A stretch of 64,000 bases of DNA from Elusimicrobiota bacterium. GTDB taxonomy: Bacteria > Elusimicrobiota > Elusimicrobia > UBA1565 > UBA9628. The stretch is taken from NCBI GenBank assembly GCA_027319565.1, contig DAHVNA010000001.1, forward strand, positions 46,806-110,805. The letters run 5' to 3'. Positions within the stretch are counted from its first letter, which is position 1, and every line of letters starts with the position of its first letter. A program made the position numbers and the translations under genes. The notes beneath the pieces are model-generated. The model made no database searches, had not been told where the DNA came from, and was given only the letters and a program-made list of their open reading frames with translations. Positions 19,353 to 26,191 of this stretch are shown here, one piece after another.

Positions 19353-21143
19353 ATGAAAACAATTAAGCACAAAGAGCTTGAAAGTTGGGTTAACGAGACG
19401 GCCAAAGTAGGCGAGCCGGACCAAGTTTATTGGGTGGACGGGACTCCCGCAGAAAAAGATCGTCTGACCAAAAGAGCCATTGCCCGCGGTTTTATCATCC
19501 CCTTAGACCAAGAAAAATATCCCGGTTGTTATTACAGCCGTTCCCACTCCAATGATGTCGCCCGCACCGAGCATTTGACCTATATCTGCGCCAAAAATAA
19601 GGAAGACGCGGGGCCGACCAACAATTGGATGTCGCCGGAGGAGGGTTACGCGAAATCAAAAGAGATATTGAAAGGCTCGATGCATGGTCGGACGATGTAT
19701 GTGATTCCCTTTTCGATGGGGCCCATTGGGTCTCCGTTTTCAAAAATCGGGGTTGAGATTACCGATTCTCTCTATGTCGTTTTAAACATGCTGATTATGA
19801 CGAGAGTCGGAGACAAGGTCTTGGATCAATTGGGAACAGACGGAGCCTACACTAAATGCCTGCACACCCGGGCGGATCTTGATGTTCAACACCGTTTCAT
19901 CCTTCATTTTCCGGAGGATAATGCCATTGTCTCGACCGGGTCGGCCTACGGCGGAAACGCCCTTTTAGGAAAAAAATGCCTGGCCTTGCGCATCGCCTCT
20001 TGGCAGGCGAGAGAGGAGAAATGGCTGGCCGAGCATATGCTGATCTTGGGCATTGAAAAAGACGGCAAGACCGAATATGTGGTAGCGGCTTTTCCTTCCG
20101 CTTGCGGAAAGACCAATCTCGCGATGTTGATTCCGCCAGAAGGGCTCAAGGGCAAGAATTACAAAATCTGGACCTTGGGAGATGATATCGCCTGGCTGAG
20201 AAAAGGGAAAGACGGGCGTTTATGGGCTTTAAATCCGGAATCGGGCTTTTTCGGGGTCGCTCCGGGCACCAATTCAAAAACCAATCCCAACGCGATGAAG
20301 ACGATGAGTCAAAATACGATTTTTACCAACGTCCTTTTGGGAGATGATCTCACTGTTTGGTGGGAGGATGGCGAAGGTCAGCCTCCCTCTTCGGGCGTCG
20401 CTTGGGATGGAAAACCTTGGAAGCCGGGAATGAAAGACTCTTCCGGTAAGCCCGTCTTGGGCGCTCATCCCAATAGCCGCTTTACCTCTCCGGCCGGTCA
20501 ATGCCCCTCGATCGCCCCCAATTGGGAAGACCCCCGGGGCGTGCCCATCTCGGCGGTTATTTTCGGCGGAAGGCGAGAGCGCTTGGCGCCCTTGGTTTTT
20601 GAATCCTTCGATTGGACTCATGGAGTTTACGTCGGAGCGACGATGGCTTCCGAAAGAACCGCGGCCGCCGATGGAAAAGTCGGCGAGGTGCGCCGGGATC
20701 CGATGGCGATGATTCCATTTTGTGGATACAATATGGGCGATTATTTCGCTCATTGGCTCGAAATGGGGCGCGAGATTTCAAAACCTCCGAAGATCTTTCA
20801 CGTCAATTGGTTCAGAAAAGACGAAAACCGGAAATTTCTCTGGCCCGGCTACGGGGAGAATTTGCGCGTTCTTGAATGGATTTTGGCCCGCTGCCGAGGG
20901 GAAGGAAAAGCCCAAAAAACTCCGATCGGCTTTGTCCCGTCTTCTGACGCCTTGGACCTGTCGGGGCTTAATATTCCAAAAGAGACGATTGATAAGCTTC
21001 TTGAGGTTCGCTCCGAAGACTGGGTTTCCGAGCTCGATGGCGTTAAAAGCTTCTTTGAAAAATTTGGGGATAGCTTGCCCAAGGAACTTTGGAAGCAGTT
21101 TGAGGAGCTCAAAAGCCGCCTTCAATCCAAGGTCGCGGCTTAG
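19353..21143 (+). CDS. pckG: Phosphoenolpyruvate carboxykinase (GTP)
   Basis: 596 aa. FPSACGKTNLAML kinase-1a P-loop, GDDIAWL, and FHVNWFRKDENRKFLWPGYGENLRVL, characteristic of GTP-PEPCK. Confidence 0.95.
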   Translation: MKTIKHKELESWVNETAKVGEPDQVYWVDGTPAEKDRLTKRAIARGFIIPLDQEKYPGCYYSRSHSNDVARTEHLTYICAKNKEDAGPTNNWMSPEEGYAKSKEILKGSMHGRTMYVIPFSMGPIGSPFSKIGVEITDSLYVVLNMLIMTRVGDKVLDQLGTDGAYTKCLHTRADLDVQHRFILHFPEDNAIVSTGSAYGGNALLGKKCLALRIASWQAREEKWLAEHMLILGIEKDGKTEYVVAAFPSACGKTNLAMLIPPEGLKGKNYKIWTLGDDIAWLRKGKDGRLWALNPESGFFGVAPGTNSKTNPNAMKTMSQNTIFTNVLLGDDLTVWWEDGEGQPPSSGVAWDGKPWKPGMKDSSGKPVLGAHPNSRFTSPAGQCPSIAPNWEDPRGVPISAVIFGGRRERLAPLVFESFDWTHGVYVGATMASERTAAADGKVGEVRRDPMAMIPFCGYNMGDYFAHWLEMGREISKPPKIFHVNWFRKDENRKFLWPGYGENLRVLEWILARCRGEGKAQKTPIGFVPSSDALDLSGLNIPKETIDKLLEVRSEDWVSELDGVKSFFEKFGDSLPKELWKQFEELKSRLQSKVAA

Positions 21144-21276
21144 TGTTTGTTGCGAGCCCTAAGATCGGGGTTTTTTCCGCTATGAGCGGAATACACTTGA
21201 TACCAAAACGCAGACTTGGATCGGCGATTCGGTAGAGCACGTTCTTCGGGTTGCGCTCCGATTGGCCGAGAGGTTA

Positions 21277-21297
21277 ATTATCCTTGTCAAGGATAAT
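21277..21297. repeat. Perfect 10-1-10 palindrome ATTATCCTTG-T-CAAGGATAAT in the intergenic region
   Basis: Read directly from the sequence. Both arms are exact reverse complements. Confidence 0.9.
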
Positions 21298-21357
21298 CCA
21301 GACAAAGGATAACATGAATCTAAAAGTAACTGCTCAGGCCAAGGGAAATCTATCGCG

Positions 21358-21450
21358 TTCTCCCTCTCCCTTGACGGGAGAGGGAGGGGTGAGGGTGAGC
21401 GAAGCTCATCGTCACCCCCCATCCTAACCTTCCCCCGCAGGGGGGGAAGG
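21358..21450 (+). repeat. GC-rich REP-like element with two strong stem-loops
   Basis: CTCCCTCTCCC-ttgac-GGGAGAGGGAG (21360-21386), followed by GGGTGAGGGTGAGC, then CCTTCCCCC-gcagg-GGGGGAAGG (21428-21450). A related element occurs inverted at 26201-26304. Confidence 0.75.
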
Positions 21451-21483
21451 AAATTAACAAAGAGCCTGAGCAGCTATGAGAAT

Positions 21484-21534
21484 TTACCCCAAGAGGGCGA
21501 CGAGCTTGCTGGGAGACGCGGCGCCGCGGACGAT
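21484..21534 (-). repeat. Displaced remnant of a DUF167 gene 3' end (left copy of the island-flanking direct repeat)
   Basis: The 51 nt align without gaps to 25967-26017 with 43/51 identities. The minus strand reads IVRGAASPSKLVALLG-stop, versus IVRGASSPSKLVALLG-stop in the intact gene. An in-frame TAG lies immediately upstream. Confidence 0.8.
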
Positions 21535-21623
21535 CTATGTTTGGCACAATAAACAACTTCTCGGAGTTTTAGCGATCGCCAGAATATTTTTCGAGATTTT
21601 ATTGGGATTTTACTGCTTCGTTA

Positions 21624-22151
21624 TTACTCGGGACAGTCTAACAATGCCTTTTCAAATTCTTCCACAAATTTTACAGCTCTTTGATAAAGCTCATATACTT
21701 CTTGTCCTGTTTGTTCTATGTGGTAGGCGGCGAAGTTTTTATGTGCCAATTCGTTCCTTAACCCCCCAATTTGGATAAATGAACGGATGGCTTCCTCTAA
21801 TTCCTGCTCATTCTTAATCTTGACTTGAAAGCTTGTTGAAAAATTGTCGCCAAATAGTTTTAAAAATTTATTTGCGTTTTGCGCTTCCCAGTCGAAATAT
21901 GTGTGATATTGTCTGGAAATCGCTTTTGCTTCCATCAGCGCCTTAATTTTTGAATTATCCTGAGAAGCTTGTAATACAAAATTTCGAATAATCTCCTGAA
22001 TACGCGTCTCAAAATAGCTTGCGGCTGACATGATCAAAATTTTCTTGAGTTTATTGTCAGCATCAATAAATAGTGAAATCTCGTTTTTAGATTTAAGAAA
22101 CTCCAATATCCCTGAATTTTCCTCATACAAGTTGTCAATTGGTGTCGACAC
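21624..22151 (-). CDS. HEPN-motif protein (putative RNase effector), partner of the upstream DUF262 gene
   Basis: 175 aa, helical-looking, with an Rx4H motif in IQIGGLRNELAHKNF. The GTG start lies 7 nt after the DUF262 stop, has no Shine-Dalgarno, and is in another frame (coupled reinitiation likely). AT-rich. Confidence 0.55.
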   Translation of the reverse strand: MSTPIDNLYEENSGILEFLKSKNEISLFIDADNKLKKILIMSAASYFETRIQEIIRNFVLQASQDNSKIKALMEAKAISRQYHTYFDWEAQNANKFLKLFGDNFSTSFQVKIKNEQELEEAIRSFIQIGGLRNELAHKNFAAYHIEQTGQEVYELYQRAVKFVEEFEKALLDCPE

Positions 22152-22158
22152 TTTTGAG

Positions 22159-23331
22159 TTAATAAGATGGGAGAAGCTCTTTTGCTCGTTTGAGCCTCAA
22201 ATTGACTTTTGCCTTGTTCGTGGTTTGTGATTTTATTGCGCTAAGAAAGTCGTCATCTTTCTTTAGAGCCGCTAGTTGGTCGGTAGTAAAGTCCTTTTTT
22301 ACCAGTTCTTTCTTTTGGAACGCTGGCGAGCATATTGCGTAAAAAACCGCCTCATAAATCGTGATATTGAATCTCCCGGGTTTCAGCGTAAACACAGCAG
22401 GATCGACAGAAGCGATGGATTTTAGGAACGAGGCAAACATTTTTCGTCTGTAGCTGATGTCTGCGTCGCTTAAAGATTTACATTGTTTTGAAAACTCGTT
22501 TAGAAAGATTGTCATGGAGGAAGAGTATTTTTCGCTATTTTCCAACATGGCGAATCCCCTTAACAAAACCTCGATATCCTTCATTCGGATATCCAGCTGG
22601 GGAGATGCAAGTAGCTTTCTCCACTGGGAATCTCTATTTAGCTCGGCCAGAAGCTCATAAAACTTAGAGTGATAAAGACTTGCGCGAATTTCTTGCGCCG
22701 CTAGGTTAACTCCACCAGAATTCAGTCTGCTGAATATCTCGTAAATTGAAGAGTCTCCTTCCGGGGAGCTTTGCTTCAAGATTATATTCCTAATGGTCCT
22801 CAGATCGAATGTTGATCTAGTTTCCTCTGTAAGCGTTTTGTAATTGAGGCCATCCAGTGGTCGCCGTTTATCCGGGTCGATTTTTTTTAGCCGGAGATTA
22901 AAGTTGCCAAAGTAATTGTCATTGGCAAGTATTTCATCCGGAATGATCCCGTCTTTGTTGTATATCTGCCGCATCTCTATGCGCTTTTCGTCTTTGGGAA
23001 AGCGACCTATCACAAAAAAATAAATACTTAGCAGGCGTTGCTGCCCATCTACTACAAGAAATTTATTCTTAATTCTAACTTCCTCGAAAAGAAATATCTG
23101 TGGTATTGGCAATCCTAGAATGATCGATTCGATAAGCTTAGATGCGCGTTTTATGTCCCACACGTAATGTCTTTGAAAAGGAGGGAGCTTAAATGTTCCC
23201 TTTTGTATGAAATCAAATATGGTTTTAATGTTGAAATCATTTGGAGCGGAGATAATGTCGTATTCATTAATTCCAATGCCTTCTTCCTGATCCGCCTCGT
23301 CCTTATCAAGCCATCCATTGTCTTCTTCCAT
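22159..23331 (-). CDS. DUF262 (ParB-like NTPase/nuclease N-terminal) domain protein without a DUF1524/HNH domain
   Basis: FKLPPFQRHYVWDIKRASKLIESIILGLPIPQIFLF, FLVVDGQQRLLSIYF and IFSRLNSGGVNLAAQEIRASL. The ATG at 23331 has a GGAGG 6 nt upstream. The longer ORF-track start overlaps vsr. Confidence 0.85.
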   Translation of the reverse strand: MEEDNGWLDKDEADQEEGIGINEYDIISAPNDFNIKTIFDFIQKGTFKLPPFQRHYVWDIKRASKLIESIILGLPIPQIFLFEEVRIKNKFLVVDGQQRLLSIYFFVIGRFPKDEKRIEMRQIYNKDGIIPDEILANDNYFGNFNLRLKKIDPDKRRPLDGLNYKTLTEETRSTFDLRTIRNIILKQSSPEGDSSIYEIFSRLNSGGVNLAAQEIRASLYHSKFYELLAELNRDSQWRKLLASPQLDIRMKDIEVLLRGFAMLENSEKYSSSMTIFLNEFSKQCKSLSDADISYRRKMFASFLKSIASVDPAVFTLKPGRFNITIYEAVFYAICSPAFQKKELVKKDFTTDQLAALKKDDDFLSAIKSQTTNKAKVNLRLKRAKELLPSY

Positions 23332-23348
23332 TTCAATCCTCCAAAAAA

Positions 23349-23765
23349 TTATTTCTGTATTTTCCTTAACATGCGCGTTTGGCATGACTTGGGCATTAGG
23401 CGCACGTCATGCTCCCAGATGCGCGCGATTTCCCAGCCATGCTTTTTGAGTTCGCGATTCTGTTTCTGATCGCGTCGCATATTGCCAGCGATTTTCTTCT
23501 CCCAATATTTTTTGTTGGACTGGGGACGTAGATTGCGCGTACAATGGGCGCAGCCATGCCAAAAGCAACCGTCCACGAAAATGGCGAGCTTTTTCTTTGG
23601 AAAAACGATATCCGGAGCGCCGGGCAAGCCCCGCCCATTCGTCGTCCAGCCTCGAATCCCTTTGGAAATAAGCCAGCCTCGTAGTCGCAATTCGGTCGAG
23701 CGCGTTCCAGTCGATTTAATGGCGGACATGATCTTTGACCGCTTCGCGCGAGAGACGGTGTCCAT
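23349..23765 (-). CDS. vsr: Very short patch repair endonuclease
   Basis: 138 aa. RSKIMSAIKSTGTRSTELRLR..., PGAPDIVFPKKKLAIFVDGCFWHGC and RDQKQNRELKKHGWEIARIWEHD are typical Vsr. Confidence 0.9.
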   Translation of the reverse strand: MDTVSRAKRSKIMSAIKSTGTRSTELRLRGWLISKGIRGWTTNGRGLPGAPDIVFPKKKLAIFVDGCFWHGCAHCTRNLRPQSNKKYWEKKIAGNMRRDQKQNRELKKHGWEIARIWEHDVRLMPKSCQTRMLRKIQK

Positions 23766-23769
23766 CCCA

Positions 23770-24546
23770 TTATTCGCCGCGGTGAACCCTAATCCATGAA
23801 GGATCGAAGCTCATTTCTTTCAATACCGCGGCCGCGGATAAATGCGGCGGTCTACGGACGCTAAATCGCAAGCGATTGGTCGGGACGTTCTCTATTATGG
23901 TGAATTGAGAGCCGGTAAATTGCCATGTGAATCGATGTTGGTTTGTTTGGCGGTCGTATCCTTCCAGATTTTTACGCTTATTCATTTTCCACTGGAATTG
24001 GTCTGGCGGGTACATGATAGTTTCCGTTTCGAACGCGGTGAATTCGGAAAGGTCCGGCCCTTTGATGAGGACGACTGTTCGCATATGAGCGTATCGCGCT
24101 CGGAGATTCCCGACTCGCTCGTTCCATATTTTTAAGACGTCAGAGCCGATGCTCTGCGGATCTCTTTGCATATCGCGTTCATCAAAAGAATATGCGGGAG
24201 AGTTTCTTCCGGAAATAAGGCGAATCTTTGTTATCTCGAAGGGTTTGTTCCCTTTGACCGTTTTCGCGCCCCACGCGCAATTGCCCATGATGACGTCATC
24301 CAGTCCGACGTTCGACGGCTTCCATTCGGCCCCAATCGCGACGGCGAATATTCGTTCCCAAACGCGGCCTTCTATATCTGGTTGCCTGCCGGGGAGACCG
24401 CAGAGGGGGTCGGTCGCTAGGATATAGACTATTTCCCGTCCAACATTTAGGGCGAAGTCGCGGGGGAAAACGTTCAAAGGATAGGGCGGCGGGACTCTCT
24501 CGACCGTTCGGACGCGCGGACGTTTTTCGGGCGTGGGCTCGGGCAT
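23770..24546 (-). CDS. Putative type II restriction endonuclease (family not recognised)
   Basis: 258 aa, located between dcm and vsr with 4-6 nt gaps. A possible PD-(D/E)xK-like region is VGLDDVIMGNCAWGAKTVK. The call rests mainly on context. Confidence 0.5.
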   Translation of the reverse strand: MPEPTPEKRPRVRTVERVPPPYPLNVFPRDFALNVGREIVYILATDPLCGLPGRQPDIEGRVWERIFAVAIGAEWKPSNVGLDDVIMGNCAWGAKTVKGNKPFEITKIRLISGRNSPAYSFDERDMQRDPQSIGSDVLKIWNERVGNLRARYAHMRTVVLIKGPDLSEFTAFETETIMYPPDQFQWKMNKRKNLEGYDRQTNQHRFTWQFTGSQFTIIENVPTNRLRFSVRRPPHLSAAAVLKEMSFDPSWIRVHRGE

Positions 24547-24552
24547 TCTTTT

Positions 24553-25575
24553 CTACGCTAGAGCCATATCTCTAGAGTTTATGGTTTTTTTAGATTGGGA
24601 CTTGACAGGGGTTAGAGCCTTATCCAGCCGCTCAAGAACGGCGCGGATAACGGGAACGGCCACGGAATTTCCCGCTTGTTTTCTTGTTTGGGAATCGTTC
24701 GAGACAATCTCATATGAGTCGGGGAAACCCTGGAGTCGCAACATTTCTCGGGGGGTGAGCCGCCTTTTGCCGTCGACTAAAAGGTAGTTGTATGAGGCTC
24801 CGGCGCGGAGAGCGCAAGAAAATGGATAGGAGCTAACGTGTCCGCCCTTGTTCTCGTGCCATATGGCGGGGCTAAACTTGCTCTTGTGGGCCGCCATGCG
24901 GCTTTTGACGATTCTCTCCGAGGTGAAATGTTTGGAGTCGACATTTTTTTCAAGTATCTCGGCCAAGGGTTTCATTGGCGCTCCGCCTGACGGCCATTCA
25001 AACTTGATGTCCTCCAAGGAGCCTACGATGAGTATTCGTTCTCTTTTCTGGGGCAATCCGAAGTCTAAAGCGTTAAGGACGCGCCAAGAGGTTTTGTAGC
25101 CCAGTTCCGTCAAGGTTTTTAGTATGGCGGAGAGCGTTTTGCCGTTATTGTGGCTGACAAGCCTGCGGACGTTTTCAAGGACGAAAGCGCGCGGTTTTTT
25201 TTCCTTAATGATGCGCGCGATTTCAAAGAAAAGCGTTCCCCTTGCGTCGTCAAAGCCTTTCCCCTCGCCGATGATGCTGAAGGGTTGGCAGGGGAAACCC
25301 GCGAGAAGAACGTCATGGTCGGGGATGCTGGAAGCCGGTATCTGGTGGATGTCTCCGAGAGGCTTTAGTCCAAAGTTTCGCTCGTATGTCCTTCTCGCTT
25401 CATCATCGATGTCGGACGCCATTTCGCATTGCCAACCGAGCGAATTCGCGGCTAAATGGAATCCGCCGATGCCACAGAATAAGTCAATGAACCGTAGGGG
25501 GACCGAGCGAGTCTCATAGTTCCCCTTGCTTTCACGCAACTGATTCTCTCTTGAGTTCCAGTGATGATTCTTCAT
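24553..25575 (-). CDS. dcm: DNA (cytosine-5)-methyltransferase
   Basis: Motif I FIDLFCGIGGF, motif IV GFPCQPFS, motif VI FVLENV, motif VIII QKRERILIVG, motif X GNSVAVPV. The ATG at 25575 (GGGAAGG upstream) is preferred; the ORF-track TTG at 25647 is an alternative. Confidence 0.92.
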   Translation of the reverse strand: MKNHHWNSRENQLRESKGNYETRSVPLRFIDLFCGIGGFHLAANSLGWQCEMASDIDDEARRTYERNFGLKPLGDIHQIPASSIPDHDVLLAGFPCQPFSIIGEGKGFDDARGTLFFEIARIIKEKKPRAFVLENVRRLVSHNNGKTLSAILKTLTELGYKTSWRVLNALDFGLPQKRERILIVGSLEDIKFEWPSGGAPMKPLAEILEKNVDSKHFTSERIVKSRMAAHKSKFSPAIWHENKGGHVSSYPFSCALRAGASYNYLLVDGKRRLTPREMLRLQGFPDSYEIVSNDSQTRKQAGNSVAVPVIRAVLERLDKALTPVKSQSKKTINSRDMALA

Positions 25576-25665
25576 CTTAACCTTCCCAATTATATCAAGT
25601 CTGCCGCGCGTTCGCGCTTCCTGATGCCTTTTGCGCGATTCAGTCAACTGGAGTGGCGCTAGATT

Positions 25666-25878
25666 TCAAAGTCGCTCGCAATTCGCGTATTTGATGCCCA
25701 TCCTGTACGCTTTGTCTGCCGTTAAACGCTTTCCTTTCGACAGAATCGCGATCGTAGTAGAGACGATGCTCATCGCTCTTGAAACGGATTCGTCCGTGCC
25801 GCGTTCATCCAGTTTTGCCAGAGCGGACATCAACACGCTTTCCAATTCCATCGCATTGATTTTTCTCAGTTTTTTCAT
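25666..25878 (-). CDS. Small hypothetical protein at the head of the island operon (possible regulator)
   Basis: 70 aa with a strong GGAAGGAGG RBS upstream of the ATG. No canonical Xre-type C-protein HTH was recognised. Confidence 0.4.
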   Translation of the reverse strand: MKKLRKINAMELESVLMSALAKLDERGTDESVSRAMSIVSTTIAILSKGKRLTADKAYRMGIKYANCERL

Positions 25879-25966
25879 TTACCCGCCTCCTTCCTCATCC
25901 TTATTACGGGTTAGGGGGCATATTTGTTCCCCGAACGTTTAGGTTTCGCGGCTTTGTTAGGAAAAA

Positions 25967-26191
25967 TTACCCAAGCAGGGCGACGAGCTTGCTGGGGGAA
26001 CTCGCGCCGCGGACGATTTTAAGGCGCTTGGCTTTAACGCCGAGATGCTGGGCGAGAAGGGAGAGAACCGCGGCGTTGGCGCGGCCGTTTTCAGGTTTAG
26101 CCTTCACATCGATGGCGAAAGAATGCGGGGCCGTTGAAATTATGAAATTGCGGCGGGCTTCGGCGCGGACTTTAACCTTAAAGAGAGTCAT
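25967..26191 (-). CDS. DUF167 (YggU-like) family protein
   Basis: 74 aa. ...FAIDVKAKPENGRANAAVLSLLAQHLGVKAKRLKIVRGASSPSKLV matches the DUF167 pattern (KP.A..G.AN..l...la..l...k..i.i..G..sr.K). The ATG overlaps the upstream stop (ATGA). Confidence 0.75.
   Translation of the reverse strand: MTLFKVKVRAEARRNFIISTAPHSFAIDVKAKPENGRANAAVLSLLAQHLGVKAKRLKIVRGASSPSKLVALLG

Larger units (their letters stand above)
21484..26017 (-). mobile_element. Integrase-less genomic (defence) island inserted at the 3' end of the DUF167 gene
   Basis: Bounded by the 51-nt imperfect direct repeat. Contents are R-M, Vsr, DUF262 and HEPN genes, all on one strand. The distal half is clearly more AT-rich than the flanks. 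Confidence 0.55.

Noticed and set aside
21144-21180. Possible terminator after pckG (GCCCTAAGATCGGGGTTTTTT)
   Set aside because: The stem is only 3-4 bp and too weak to call. The GC-rich hairpins about 200 nt downstream are more plausible transcript-end structures.
21216-21300. tRNA-like strings: GGTAGAGCAC and TGGCCGAGAGGTTAA (D-loop-like), and TATCC-TTGTCAA-GGATA, which would fold as an anticodon arm with anticodon GTC
   Set aside because: I could not build matching D-stems, a T arm (no GTTCRANNC-like sequence downstream) or an acceptor stem. This is not a functional tRNA. At most it is a degraded fragment, which I cannot demonstrate by eye.
21180-21556. Two ORF-track ORFs (21180-21422, 80 aa; 21350-21556, 68 aa) in the pckG-island intergenic region
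   Set aside because: Both run through the GC-rich hairpin repeat and the displaced DUF167 tail in the wrong frames. They give low-complexity P/S/G/R-rich peptides, have no RBS, and overlap each other. I treat them as translation artefacts of a structured repeat.
22149-22199. The HEPN-motif ORF might be the frameshifted C-terminal domain of a formerly fused DUF262-HEPN gene (pseudogene)
   Set aside because: The HEPN frame is closed by a TGA (22197-22199) only 15 codons upstream of its GTG, and the DUF262 frame runs to a natural TAA. The 7-nt gap with a frame change fits coupled two-gene organisation. A very recent single-nucleotide indel cannot be excluded without homologs, so this is not fully rejected.
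21484-26017. Looked for an integrase, transposase or recombinase in or next to the island
   Set aside because: None of the six island ORFs or the flanking ORFs shows tyrosine/serine recombinase or DDE motifs. The element is therefore reported as an island, not as an active mobile element.
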